Shown here: piece by piece, positions 25,375-34,264 of the stretch
Numbering within the stretch: the stretch's first letter is position 1
Layout: every line of letters starts with the position of its first letter
Origin: a virus
Lineage: Duplodnaviria; Caudoviricetes
Strand: one strand, 5' to 3'
IMG/VR virus record: IMGVR_UViG_3300002098_000094
Coordinates: 1 to 34,264 of that record
Length of the DNA stretch: 34,264 nucleotides
Translations under genes and position numbers: made by a program
Notes under the pieces: model-generated
Databases searched by the model: none
Told to the model about the DNA's origin: nothing
Seen by the model: the letters and a program-made list of their open reading frames with translations, nothing else

Positions 25375-26382
25375 ATGGCGGTTCTCGGACAGGGCATAAT
25401 CCCAACTGGTTCGATTGCAAACGAACTTACTGCTGTCACACGTAGAGCGTTTGTACCGAAATTAGTAGTACAAATTTATAACTCAACCCCTTTGCTTGCT
25501 GCATTGATTGCTAATGCACAACCAGCGACAGGTGGTGTGTCATCTGTGACTGTTCCTGTACAGGGCGCACAGTTTGTCAATGGTCAATGGTCAGATTATT
25601 CTGGTACATTTAACCAACCATCAGTACAACAAGGTGCATTTGTATCAGAATTTGATTTGAAATCATTAATTGTTCCAGTTCCATTCTTAGGAATGGAAGG
25701 TGCGGTTCAATTAGACCATGCTGTGATTCCATTAATTGAAGCACGTATGAATGATGCTGGTAACGTATCTTGTGACATTATGGCAACTGCTTTGTACAAC
25801 AATACAACTAACCAACAAGCATTTATTGGCTTGCCAGGTGCTATTGATGATGGTACAAACTTGGTTGCTTACGGTAATATTAACCGTAACACATCTACAT
25901 GGTGGAAATCTAAAGTTTATGCGGCTGGTGCAGTTAACCCAACTCGTCAAAACGTATTGCAATACATTGCTGGTACTGTTAAAAACGGTGCAGAAGTACC
26001 TACATTTGCAGTGTGCGGTTTTGGTACATGGACTTTATTAGCACAAGACTTTGTTGGTCAAGAATCATACGTTATTACGCCAGGTAAATCATTTGATGAA
26101 GATACAAATGGACCACGTAGCGGATTCCGTGCGTTAATGGTTGGTGGTGTGCCAGTATTTGCTGACCCATATTGCCCAGAAGGTACAATGTACTTTATTA
26201 ACTCAAATTACGCTTCTCTATACATCCATGAACAAGCTGGTTTTGCTTTTACAGGCTTTGAATCAACTTTATCTAATTTCCAATTAGGTTATATCGGTGC
26301 TGTAGTGACATTGGCTGAAATGGTAGTAACAAAACCTAAAGCAATGACCCGTGTATCTGGCTTTAACTCACTCACACTATAA
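25375..26382 (+). CDS. major capsid protein
   Basis: 335 aa, strong RBS, highly biased codons, GVPVFADPYCPEGTMYFINSNY C-terminal pattern of HK97-fold capsids. Confidence 0.85.
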   Translation: MAVLGQGIIPTGSIANELTAVTRRAFVPKLVVQIYNSTPLLAALIANAQPATGGVSSVTVPVQGAQFVNGQWSDYSGTFNQPSVQQGAFVSEFDLKSLIVPVPFLGMEGAVQLDHAVIPLIEARMNDAGNVSCDIMATALYNNTTNQQAFIGLPGAIDDGTNLVAYGNINRNTSTWWKSKVYAAGAVNPTRQNVLQYIAGTVKNGAEVPTFAVCGFGTWTLLAQDFVGQESYVITPGKSFDEDTNGPRSGFRALMVGGVPVFADPYCPEGTMYFINSNYASLYIHEQAGFAFTGFESTLSNFQLGYIGAVVTLAEMVVTKPKAMTRVSGFNSLTL

Positions 26383-26394
26383 TAGGAGAGAAAC

Positions 26395-27543
26395 ATGGCT
26401 ATTAATATTTTAGGTTACGGTCCAAAAACCCTAGCAAATACTTCAACACCAATTGTTTTAACATCTGGTGAAGGTTACGTAGTTCCTTCTGGTCAATATC
26501 AAGTTGTTCCAGGCCAATACACTTTTGTACAATGGTATGACCCACAAACACAAATGTGGCGTTCATTAGGTACACCAGTTCAATCAGATGCACAAATATT
26601 GTCATCAGACGGTACAAACTATCGTTTATATAACGGCACAGGCACTATGGTTGGCGCTGTTATTACTAACGCTGGTACTGGTTACACAAACGGTATTTAT
26701 CCACCAGCATTGCAATTAGGTACTGCGGCAGCGCCATCAGTGACTATGTCTGCTGCGGGTGGTTCAATTTTAGCTAAACCAACATTGATTGTTGGTGGTG
26801 CTATCAATACTACAGTGACAATTACTTCTGGCGGTTCTGGTTATACAGTTGCGCCTGTATTGACTATTTCTGCGCCACCACAAGGCGGTGTACCAGCAAC
26901 TGCAACATGTACTATTTCTGGCGGTGCAATTAACGCTGTTACAGTAACTAATCAAGGCGCTGGTTATACATCTGCACCAACAATTACTGTAACGCCTGCT
27001 TCTGGTGATATTACTGGTGCTAATGCTGTATTAACAGTTAATGCTACTTTAGTTGGTTCTGGTACTGTGACTGCTATTACTGTTCAAGGTAACGTGCCTA
27101 TTACTGGTACAAACCCAACAACATACACTGGTGGTACTGGTGGTGCTGGTATGACTTCTGTACCAACATTTACATTCTTACCAGCTTCAACAACTGCAGC
27201 TACTGCTGTAATGTGCTTTACTGTTACTACTGCTGTTGCTCAAACTGGTAAAACCAACTCTAACGGTAACATTGGTTTCTTTGGTTCAACAGTAACTGCA
27301 GGTTCTGCTACATTGACTAATCCTGCAATTACAACTGGTTTGTTTACACCACGTGTTGGTTACACAGCTTGGTCAACAACTGCATCAGGTGGTTTGACTA
27401 TTGTTGACGGTGGTTTACATCAAACTGTTGTTGCAGGTATTGCTTATGCAGATATTAGCACTGGTACTATTTCTGGTGCGACTACTGCGGTTGCGCAAAC
27501 TATGGGTGGTGCAACTGATACTTCATACATTGTTGCTATCTAA
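26395..27543 (+). CDS. virion surface/decoration protein with GxGYT beta repeats
   Basis: ITNAGTGYT, ITSGGSGYT, VTNQGAGYT repeats; high-expression codon bias. Confidence 0.65.
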   Translation: MAINILGYGPKTLANTSTPIVLTSGEGYVVPSGQYQVVPGQYTFVQWYDPQTQMWRSLGTPVQSDAQILSSDGTNYRLYNGTGTMVGAVITNAGTGYTNGIYPPALQLGTAAAPSVTMSAAGGSILAKPTLIVGGAINTTVTITSGGSGYTVAPVLTISAPPQGGVPATATCTISGGAINAVTVTNQGAGYTSAPTITVTPASGDITGANAVLTVNATLVGSGTVTAITVQGNVPITGTNPTTYTGGTGGAGMTSVPTFTFLPASTTAATAVMCFTVTTAVAQTGKTNSNGNIGFFGSTVTAGSATLTNPAITTGLFTPRVGYTAWSTTASGGLTIVDGGLHQTVVAGIAYADISTGTISGATTAVAQTMGGATDTSYIVAI

Positions 27544-27552
27544 GGATAAAAA

Positions 27553-27816
27553 ATGAGTCTAATTAATGAAGTTGAACGTATCTTAAGTAATCTTGCACAA
27601 GAAGTAGAAAAAGAAGCATCTGTTCTTGTACAATTTGCTGCTGGAGATTGGGCTGCTTTAAAACAGGCTTTTGCGGATGAAACAGCACAGGCAACGCCTG
27701 TTGCTGTATCTGCTCCTAAAGCAAGTAAAAAAGCGACACCAGTTGTTGATGCACCAGTTGTTGATGCACCTGTGGTAGAATCTACACCAGTTGATGCACC
27801 TACGGTTGCTAGTTAA
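27553..27816 (+). CDS. hypothetical protein with PVVDA repeats
   Basis: ORF track; RBS AAGGA. Confidence 0.65.
   Translation: MSLINEVERILSNLAQEVEKEASVLVQFAAGDWAALKQAFADETAQATPVAVSAPKASKKATPVVDAPVVDAPVVESTPVDAPTVAS
27737..27770 (+). repeat. 15-bp tandem repeat (2.3 copies)
   Basis: caccagttgttgatg x2 + cacc, in frame (PVVDA). Confidence 0.85.
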
Positions 27817-27835
27817 TTTTAATTTTTAAAGGGAA

Positions 27836-28213
27836 ATGATTATGTTGCTACGTGTAACGAATCGTAATAATTTTGTATTAACAGACCGCTATGATGGTGT
27901 GGACTATACATTTGAACCTAATAAACCAACTGTAATTGAAGAAGCGGCTGCAAGGCATTTTTTTGGTTATGGAATGGCAGATAAGATTCCATTTTTAGTT
28001 CGTCAAGGTTGGTGTGTATCTTCTGATAAAACAGAAGAAGCAATGAAAAAATTAAGTAAATTTGTGTTTGAGCAAGGTTCTGTTGAATTTGCACCTACTG
28101 CGGAAGAAGTGAAAACAATATCTAATAATGTTGAATCAGAAGATATTGCTAAACTTCAATCTAAAGTAAAATTAAACAAACCAGCAAGACAAGACCCTAT
28201 TAAAACTATGTAA
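27836..28213 (+). CDS. hypothetical head-completion-region protein
   Basis: ORF track; DRYDGVDYTF...AARHFFGY. Confidence 0.65.
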   Translation: MIMLLRVTNRNNFVLTDRYDGVDYTFEPNKPTVIEEAAARHFFGYGMADKIPFLVRQGWCVSSDKTEEAMKKLSKFVFEQGSVEFAPTAEEVKTISNNVESEDIAKLQSKVKLNKPARQDPIKTM

Positions 28214-28228
28214 AAGAGGAAAGCCGCC

Positions 28229-29062
28229 ATGACCACGTTGTCAGATTATATAACTTCGACTAGGCGGCTTCTCCATGATGTATCGGGAAACTTTTGGACT
28301 ACCCAAGAGTTAACCGATTATATCAATGAAGCAAGAGCCAGAACCGTATCAGATACTGGTTGTTTGCGTATCAATCAAGTTCCTATATTTCAATCAAGTA
28401 CAGAAGCCTATGCTTATGGTGGCGTAACTGGCGTTAATATTATTAACGGTGGCAGTGGTTATACTGACGGCACTTATCCTATTACATTCTTAGGTGGTGG
28501 TGGTATTGGCGTTGCAGGCACATATACGTGTAGCAGTGGTGTTGTAGCATCGGCTGTTATTACGTCACAAGGTAGTGGCTATACTTCTACTATTACCGCA
28601 CAATTTTTAGCGGGTGGTGGCACAAGTTCTAGCGCTCAAGTAGGTTATATTAATGCGAATACTTTAGATATTTTGTCTGTGACTATTATTTGGGGTAATT
28701 TTCGTATTCCTCTTAATTACATGCCATTTACTGAATTGACTGCTAAATTAAGAATGTGGACTACTTGGCAACAACGGCCTGCGGCTTTTTCTGTATTTGG
28801 GCAACAAACATTGTATGTTGGACCATTGCCTGATATGACGTATGTATCTGAAATGGATAGTGTTATTTTACCTAACGTATTGATTGATAACACTACTGTA
28901 GAACAAATAGCGTATCCATTTACAACGCCTGTGCCTTACTATGCCGCAAGATTAGCCAAAATTAAAGAACAATCTTATGCGGAAGCAGAAATGTTTTTTC
29001 AAATGTACAAGAAACGTGCATTGGATTCATTGGCTTCTACGTTTACAAGAAGGTTGCCATAA
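28229..29062 (+). CDS. head-tail adaptor (tail tubular A-like) with inserted GSGY domain
   Basis: RRLLHD...FWTTQELTDYINEA N-terminus; VGPLPD..Y and YYAARLAK..EQ C-terminus. Confidence 0.7.
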   Translation: MTTLSDYITSTRRLLHDVSGNFWTTQELTDYINEARARTVSDTGCLRINQVPIFQSSTEAYAYGGVTGVNIINGGSGYTDGTYPITFLGGGGIGVAGTYTCSSGVVASAVITSQGSGYTSTITAQFLAGGGTSSSAQVGYINANTLDILSVTIIWGNFRIPLNYMPFTELTAKLRMWTTWQQRPAAFSVFGQQTLYVGPLPDMTYVSEMDSVILPNVLIDNTTVEQIAYPFTTPVPYYAARLAKIKEQSYAEAEMFFQMYKKRALDSLASTFTRRLP

Positions 29063-31039
29063 GTGGCTGAACAACGCTCAACGCAATTAAAAGAAACTAA
29101 AAAACGGGAACATATATTCCGTGATTTTGGTGGAATTAACACACAAGCGTATCGTACATCTATTAAAGATGTAGAGTTTTCATGGCTTGAAAATGCCATG
29201 CCTATTGGTCACGGCAATATTAAAGCAGTACCAGCACCTACAACTGCATTAGCAACAGTTGCGCCAGATACATGTAATTATATGGAATCAGCCAATATTA
29301 ATGGTGTTGATTACATTTTTATGTTTTGTACTTCGGGGGCTGCTTATCAAATACAAACAGCTACTTATGCAAAAACAACAGTGGCTGCTGCTGGTACGTT
29401 TTCACCCAGTGGCGTACAAATAGCGCAATGGAAAAATGAACGTATTTTAATTATTGACCCAAGTAAAGGCATGTCAACTTGGGATGGCACAACATTTACT
29501 AAAATTAACAATCAAGTACAATCAGTCACAATGACTGCTTATGGTTCTGGTTATTTTCACAAACCTACTGTGGTATTTACGCCCACTAGTGGTGGTTCTG
29601 GTGCTGTAGGAAATGCAATTGTAGGCATAGGTACAATTACTATTGCGGCTGGTGGTACAGGGTATGTTGTAGGTGATGTATTAACAATTAGCGGTGGTAC
29701 ATTTAATACAGCAGCAACCATTAAAGTTACTACAGTAGGTGGTAGTAATGCTATTACAGGCGTTAGCGTAGTTAATCAAGGTGACTATACTGCCGCACCA
29801 TCAAGTCCTGTGTCAGTGACAGGGGGCTTTGGTTCATCTGCTACATTTACTATTGCATGGTCAGTTATTTCAGTTAGCATTACAACGGCTGGTAGTAATT
29901 ATTTATCAGCGCCTACCATTAGCTTTACACCTACTGGTGGTGATAGCCCTTCTATAGTGGCTACAGCAACGTCTAGCGTTAGTTCTGCACCTTCTGCTGG
30001 TACTGATATTGCTGTGTATTCTGGGCGTGTTTGGATAGGTAATGGGCGTACAATTTTATATTCTGCACCAGGTGCATATAACGATTTTACAGTAGGCAAT
30101 GCAGGTGGTTCATTTGTTATTTCAGATTCCACATTGCACAACAATATTATTCAATTATGTTCTGCTAATAACTATTTGTATATTTTTGGCGATGACAGTA
30201 TTAACGTCATTTCTAACGTATCTGTATCTAGTGGTATTACTACATTTTCAAATACCAATTTAACAGCGTTTGTGGGTTCAAGTACGCCTTTGTCTGTACA
30301 ACCATATTTGCGTGGTGTATTTTTTGGTAATCAAGCAGGGTTTTATTTAATTTATGGTGCTGTGCCACAAAAAGTCAGTGACCCATTAGACGGCATTATT
30401 CCTTATATTGATTTTACGCAAACTGTGACTGGTGGCGCAGTCATGATTTATAATCAATTGTGTATGTGTTTTATGTTTACATATACAGGGGGTTTAACAC
30501 CTAGAAAATTAATGGCGGTATATTTTAATAACAAATGGTTTTTAGCTTCACAAGGCAATGCAATGACATTATGTGCGCCTGTATTTGAAGATGGCAAACA
30601 AGAACTTTATATTACCGATGGTTCTAGTTTGTACCATGCGTTTAAAAGCACAACAAATACCATTAATACCACTATTCAAACTCGTTTATGGGATTTTAAT
30701 AGTTCATTAATTACCAAACAAACATTAAAAGCAGGATTAGAAGTTTTTGTACCGCAAACTGTATTTACCGCTAATTTAAGCGTAGATACAGAAACTTCAA
30801 GTAATGCATTTACATTAAATTCACAAAATTTATTAAGTTGGGTCAATAATAATGGCAATGTTATTTTGTGGACTAATAATTCCTCTAGTGCAATAGGATG
30901 GATTTCAACAGGATTTATTTATATTATGTCCGATGTTACTAACTATGGTAAATACATTGGGTTTACAATGACTTCTAGCGTTCCTAATTATCAATTAAAT
31001 GCGATGATGTTGGAATTTGAAGATAGAGCAAGATGGTAA
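29063..31039 (+). CDS. tail nozzle / DNA stabilisation protein (P22 gp10 / tail tubular B-like) with inserted GSGY domains
   Basis: GTG start; DFGGIN...WLENAMP N-terminus, YSGRVWIG propeller blades; follows adaptor. Confidence 0.7.
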   Translation: MAEQRSTQLKETKKREHIFRDFGGINTQAYRTSIKDVEFSWLENAMPIGHGNIKAVPAPTTALATVAPDTCNYMESANINGVDYIFMFCTSGAAYQIQTATYAKTTVAAAGTFSPSGVQIAQWKNERILIIDPSKGMSTWDGTTFTKINNQVQSVTMTAYGSGYFHKPTVVFTPTSGGSGAVGNAIVGIGTITIAAGGTGYVVGDVLTISGGTFNTAATIKVTTVGGSNAITGVSVVNQGDYTAAPSSPVSVTGGFGSSATFTIAWSVISVSITTAGSNYLSAPTISFTPTGGDSPSIVATATSSVSSAPSAGTDIAVYSGRVWIGNGRTILYSAPGAYNDFTVGNAGGSFVISDSTLHNNIIQLCSANNYLYIFGDDSINVISNVSVSSGITTFSNTNLTAFVGSSTPLSVQPYLRGVFFGNQAGFYLIYGAVPQKVSDPLDGIIPYIDFTQTVTGGAVMIYNQLCMCFMFTYTGGLTPRKLMAVYFNNKWFLASQGNAMTLCAPVFEDGKQELYITDGSSLYHAFKSTTNTINTTIQTRLWDFNSSLITKQTLKAGLEVFVPQTVFTANLSVDTETSSNAFTLNSQNLLSWVNNNGNVILWTNNSSSAIGWISTGFIYIMSDVTNYGKYIGFTMTSSVPNYQLNAMMLEFEDRARW

Positions 31040-31048
31040 GGAGATAAA

Positions 31049-31603
31049 ATGACAAGGCCAGTAACAGTCCCTAATGTATTTCAAAACTCGACAAGTAATA
31101 TTCCATTGTCATTATTGGATAATGATTTATCTACGCTTGCTACTGCAATTAACGACCCTGCTTCTTATGCCAATTATGGCGCTGATACGGGCGCAGCTAA
31201 TGCGTATGTGGTTTCATTGCCTGTTGCACCATCTACATTAGCTTCTATTATTGGTTTAGTAGTTACATTTAAACCTTTGAATTCAAATACTAGTTCATCA
31301 ACGCTTAATTTAAATGCGCTTGGTGCTATTAATATTGTGAATTATGATAGTTCTTCGGTATCTGCTGGTCAAATACAAGCAGGTGGAATAGTTGCAGTTA
31401 GTTACAATGGTACTAATTTTATTATTGTTGGTTCTAGTGGTTCTGGTGCAGTAGCTGGTGGTTCAATTTATGAAAATAAAAATGTTATTGCAACTAGCTA
31501 TACAATTACAACAGGTAAAAACGCTATGAGCGTTGGACCAATGACCATTAATTCTGGCGTAGTCGTTACCGTGCCTTCTGGCAGTCGGTACATAGTGTTA
31601 TAG
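31049..31603 (+). CDS. tail fibre proximal protein
   Basis: IPLSLLDNDL anchor, DTGAANAY...FKP..SNT...TLN domain, NAMSVGP.TI.SGV.VTVPSGS C-terminus. Confidence 0.65.
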   Translation: MTRPVTVPNVFQNSTSNIPLSLLDNDLSTLATAINDPASYANYGADTGAANAYVVSLPVAPSTLASIIGLVVTFKPLNSNTSSSTLNLNALGAINIVNYDSSSVSAGQIQAGGIVAVSYNGTNFIIVGSSGSGAVAGGSIYENKNVIATSYTITTGKNAMSVGPMTINSGVVVTVPSGSRYIVL

Positions 31604-31612
31604 GAGAAATAA

Positions 31613-32179
31613 ATGGCTTCAACGATCAATGCAAGTACAACAGGTGGTGGTGGTGTAATAACAACAGCAGATGCTAGTGGTACCTTAGCTTTACAGGCTA
31701 ACGGCACAACGGTAGCTACACTTAACTCTACAGGTATTAATGCAGGGATACAGGTAGCAGCTAATGCAGCTCCAGCGTTTAGTGCTTATGCAAGTGCAGT
31801 TCAAACTTTAACTAATGCAACATATACAAAAATAGCATTTAACACTAAAACTTTTGATACAAATACAAACTTTGATACTACCAATTATCGTTTTACACCA
31901 ACTGTTGCTGGGTATTATCAAGTTAGCGCTTTAGTTCAATATCAAGGAATTGGAAGTGCCACATTATCATCATTAAAAATATATAAAAACGGAGCTACTA
32001 TGACCCCAGAAAGAGAGGTTGATATTCTTAATACTCAATTTGTATCTCTCGGAATAAGCACTCTTATCCAAATGAACGGAACAACTGATTATTTAGAAAT
32101 TTATGTTGCTCAAAATGTAGGAACATCACAACCAGTTTTTGGCAGAGATTTTTCAGCAGCACTAGTAAGGAGCGCATAA
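31613..32179 (+). CDS. tail fibre protein with C1q-like domain
   Basis: PAFSAY, FDTNTNFDTTNYRFTPTVAGYYQV, MNGTTDYLEIY. Confidence 0.75.
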   Translation: MASTINASTTGGGGVITTADASGTLALQANGTTVATLNSTGINAGIQVAANAAPAFSAYASAVQTLTNATYTKIAFNTKTFDTNTNFDTTNYRFTPTVAGYYQVSALVQYQGIGSATLSSLKIYKNGATMTPEREVDILNTQFVSLGISTLIQMNGTTDYLEIYVAQNVGTSQPVFGRDFSAALVRSA

Positions 32180-32643
32180 TGTCATCAATAGTCGTAGCTG
32201 GTGATACCAGCGGTTCAGTAACATTAGCAGCTCCAGCAGTAGCAGGAAGCACAACATTAACATTTCCTAGTACGAGTGGTACTGTAGCAGTACCAATTGA
32301 CGGTACTTGGACACCTACATTAGCACAGTCAGGATTAACAATTAGTCAAACAAATACTGGATTGTTTACTAAAATTGGAAGAGTAGTTACTTGTTCTATG
32401 TATATTCAAACTTCAACAATGACAGGAACAGGGTCTTCAACAATTACTGTTTCTGGACTGCCTTATCCTGTAGCTAATGGGTTAGGTTTTTCTTGCAGAG
32501 AAAATGCAGTTGCTGGATTTATATGGAGCTTTTATTCTAGTGCTGGGGGAACTACTATGGCAGTATTTAGATATGACAATAGTGTTGTTATGTCTTCAAC
32601 CATGTCTTGGATAGCTTCTTTTAGCTACTTAACTACAGCATAG
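32179..32643 (+). CDS. tail fibre protein
   Basis: GDTSGSVTLAAPAVAGS, GTWTPT, TKIGRVVT, SGLPY motifs. Confidence 0.7.
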   Translation: MSSIVVAGDTSGSVTLAAPAVAGSTTLTFPSTSGTVAVPIDGTWTPTLAQSGLTISQTNTGLFTKIGRVVTCSMYIQTSTMTGTGSSTITVSGLPYPVANGLGFSCRENAVAGFIWSFYSSAGGTTMAVFRYDNSVVMSSTMSWIASFSYLTTA

Positions 32644-32652
32644 GAGAATAAT

Positions 32653-33729
32653 ATGTCAATAACACTTAATGGCGATTCAGGAATCACCTCTCCTACCTAT
32701 GGTGGCACAGTATCAGCAGAGTACTCTGTACCTGTAACAGCTTTCAAGAATCGTATTATTAACGGTGCGATGATGATTGACCAGCGTAATGCGGGGGCTG
32801 CTGTTACTCCAACATCAAATACTTATACAGTAGATAGATGGTTATATATTCAATCAGCAGCATCTAAATTTACTATTAGACAAAATATAAATTCTGTAAC
32901 ACCCCCTGTAGGATTTAGCAATTATCTTGGGGTTTCAACTGCATCATTAGTAACAGTTGGAGCATCTGATTTTTTTGCTTTAAGGCAAGCAATTGAAGGA
33001 TTTAATGTTGCTGATTTAGCATGGGGAACTGCTAACGCTTCTCCTATAACTTTATCATTTAAAGTTTATTCTAGTCTTACTGGAACATTTGGAGGTACTG
33101 TTACCAACGGATTAGAAAATCGTTCATATCCATTTACATATTCAATTCCTGTAGCAAATACTTGGACTACTATATCTATAACTATTGCTGGAGATACTAC
33201 TGGAACTTGGGCTACAAACAATACATCAGGATTAGAATTAAACTTTGGTTTGGGAGTTGGAACAACACAAAGCGCAGCAGCTGGCTCTTGGACTGCTGGC
33301 GGATATTTATCAGTTACAGGCGCAACATCCGTAGTAGGTACATCTGGAGCTACCTTCTACATCACAGGTGTTCAACTAGAAAAAGGTTCTACAGCTACAT
33401 CATTCGACTATAGACCATATGGTACTGAGTTGGCTTTGTGTCAGAGGTATTATTATAAAGTAACAAACTATCCTCAAGGACTATCAATTTCAAACAACAC
33501 TACTTATGGATTTGGCGCAATAGCATTCCCAGCAACTATGAGAAGCACTCCTTCTATTGATGCAGGATCAACATTTACAGTTAATGCTGGTTCTGCTGGT
33601 ACTGTAGCTTTGGCAACCCTTCCAGCAACAATAAATGGACCAAATGGTGTTGGTCTATATAATTCTGCAAGCAATTGGACTGTTGGGTCTTATATTTCAG
33701 TAAATGCAGCATTTACTTCGGAGCTATAA
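32653..33729 (+). CDS. tail fibre/receptor-binding protein with carbohydrate-binding-like domain
   Basis: FKNRIINGAM.IDQR, DRW, GVQLEKGSTATSFDYRPYGTELALCQRYY, MRSTP. Confidence 0.75.
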   Translation: MSITLNGDSGITSPTYGGTVSAEYSVPVTAFKNRIINGAMMIDQRNAGAAVTPTSNTYTVDRWLYIQSAASKFTIRQNINSVTPPVGFSNYLGVSTASLVTVGASDFFALRQAIEGFNVADLAWGTANASPITLSFKVYSSLTGTFGGTVTNGLENRSYPFTYSIPVANTWTTISITIAGDTTGTWATNNTSGLELNFGLGVGTTQSAAAGSWTAGGYLSVTGATSVVGTSGATFYITGVQLEKGSTATSFDYRPYGTELALCQRYYYKVTNYPQGLSISNNTTYGFGAIAFPATMRSTPSIDAGSTFTVNAGSAGTVALATLPATINGPNGVGLYNSASNWTVGSYISVNAAFTSEL

Positions 33730-34143
33730 ATGATTTCATATAAACAAATTCAATGCCCTGATGGAGCTATTTCAAATCATACAATAATGAGAAGTGACGG
33801 AACTTGCATTCCATTCGATGAAAATAATTCTGATTACCAAGCATACCTAGCATGGCTTGCAGAAGGCAATACTCCCGACCCTGCTGACCCTATCGTTATC
33901 CCTATCCCTACAGAAGTAACCATGCGCCAAGCACGTCTAGCTTTATTCCAACAAGGCTTACTAGCTAACGTACAGACAGCCATAGACGGACTATCCGAAC
34001 CACAAAAGACTGTTACTCAAATCTCATGGGATTATGCTCAAACAGTGAAGCGTGATGATGATTTGGTCGTTCAGCTTTCAGGTGCTTTAGGATTAGATAG
34101 CATGGCTTTGGATGGGCTATTCACCCTAGCGAGTACACTATGA
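33730..34143 (+). CDS. tail fibre assembly chaperone-like protein
   Basis: [23 protein letters not shown] fused to [10 protein letters not shown]...WDYA...R...LDGLF domain. Confidence 0.65.
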   Translation: MISYKQIQCPDGAISNHTIMRSDGTCIPFDENNSDYQAYLAWLAEGNTPDPADPIVIPIPTEVTMRQARLALFQQGLLANVQTAIDGLSEPQKTVTQISWDYAQTVKRDDDLVVQLSGALGLDSMALDGLFTLASTL

Positions 34144-34264
34144 AGGTATACGAATCGTTTAATCATTGGTACGACAAGATACTCAACTCATGGCCTTTTC
34201 TGATTGATAGCGAGAGCGTTCATACTACTGCGATTGCATGGGGCTTTACAGAAAATGGCAAGTG
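34140..34264 (+). CDS. 5' part of junction-spanning hypothetical protein
   Basis: ATGA overlap with upstream stop; [23 protein letters not shown]... open to window end. Confidence 0.65.
   Translation, partial: MKVYESFNHWYDKILNSWPFLIDSESVHTTAIAWGFTENGK

Noticed and set aside
31049-34143. Diversity-generating retroelement or invertible fibre cassette
   Set aside because: No reverse transcriptase, invertase, or TR/VR or inverted repeat pair noticed

Overview
The window looks like an essentially complete, circularly permuted ~34.3 kb genome of an AT-rich tailed phage with podovirus-type architecture, infecting a Gram-negative host (spanin pair present). An ORF runs in frame across the end/start junction. 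Layout: a late/structural arm on + (17242-34264 continuing into 1-8091: TerL, portal, scaffold, major capsid, adaptor, nozzle, fibres, GNAT, three ejection-like proteins, DUF5675 endolysin, holin, spanins); two divergent 'middle' operons (minus 11875 to 7955; plus 11984-14327: wHTH, SSB-like, Cas4-like exonuclease); and a minus-strand 'early' operon of tiny genes (15927 to 14377) behind a near-consensus sigma70 promoter. I recognised no integrase, polymerase, primase, helicase, replication initiator, tRNA or CRISPR. The most interesting signals are non-coding: (i) a 73-nt CCA-ended structured RNA (9646-9718, -) complementary to the RBS/start of an early gene; (ii) a late-transcript hairpin (23078-23116) whose loop is complementary to the GAAAGGGAA RBS of the first gene of both middle operons, in a genome where early/middle genes mostly use AAAGGG-type and late genes AGGAG-type Shine-Dalgarno sequences; (iii) a promoter, kissing-loop attenuator and G6-UA-G6 tract where a replication gene would be expected, suggesting an RNA-primed origin. 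All calls are by eye, without database searches or folding software.
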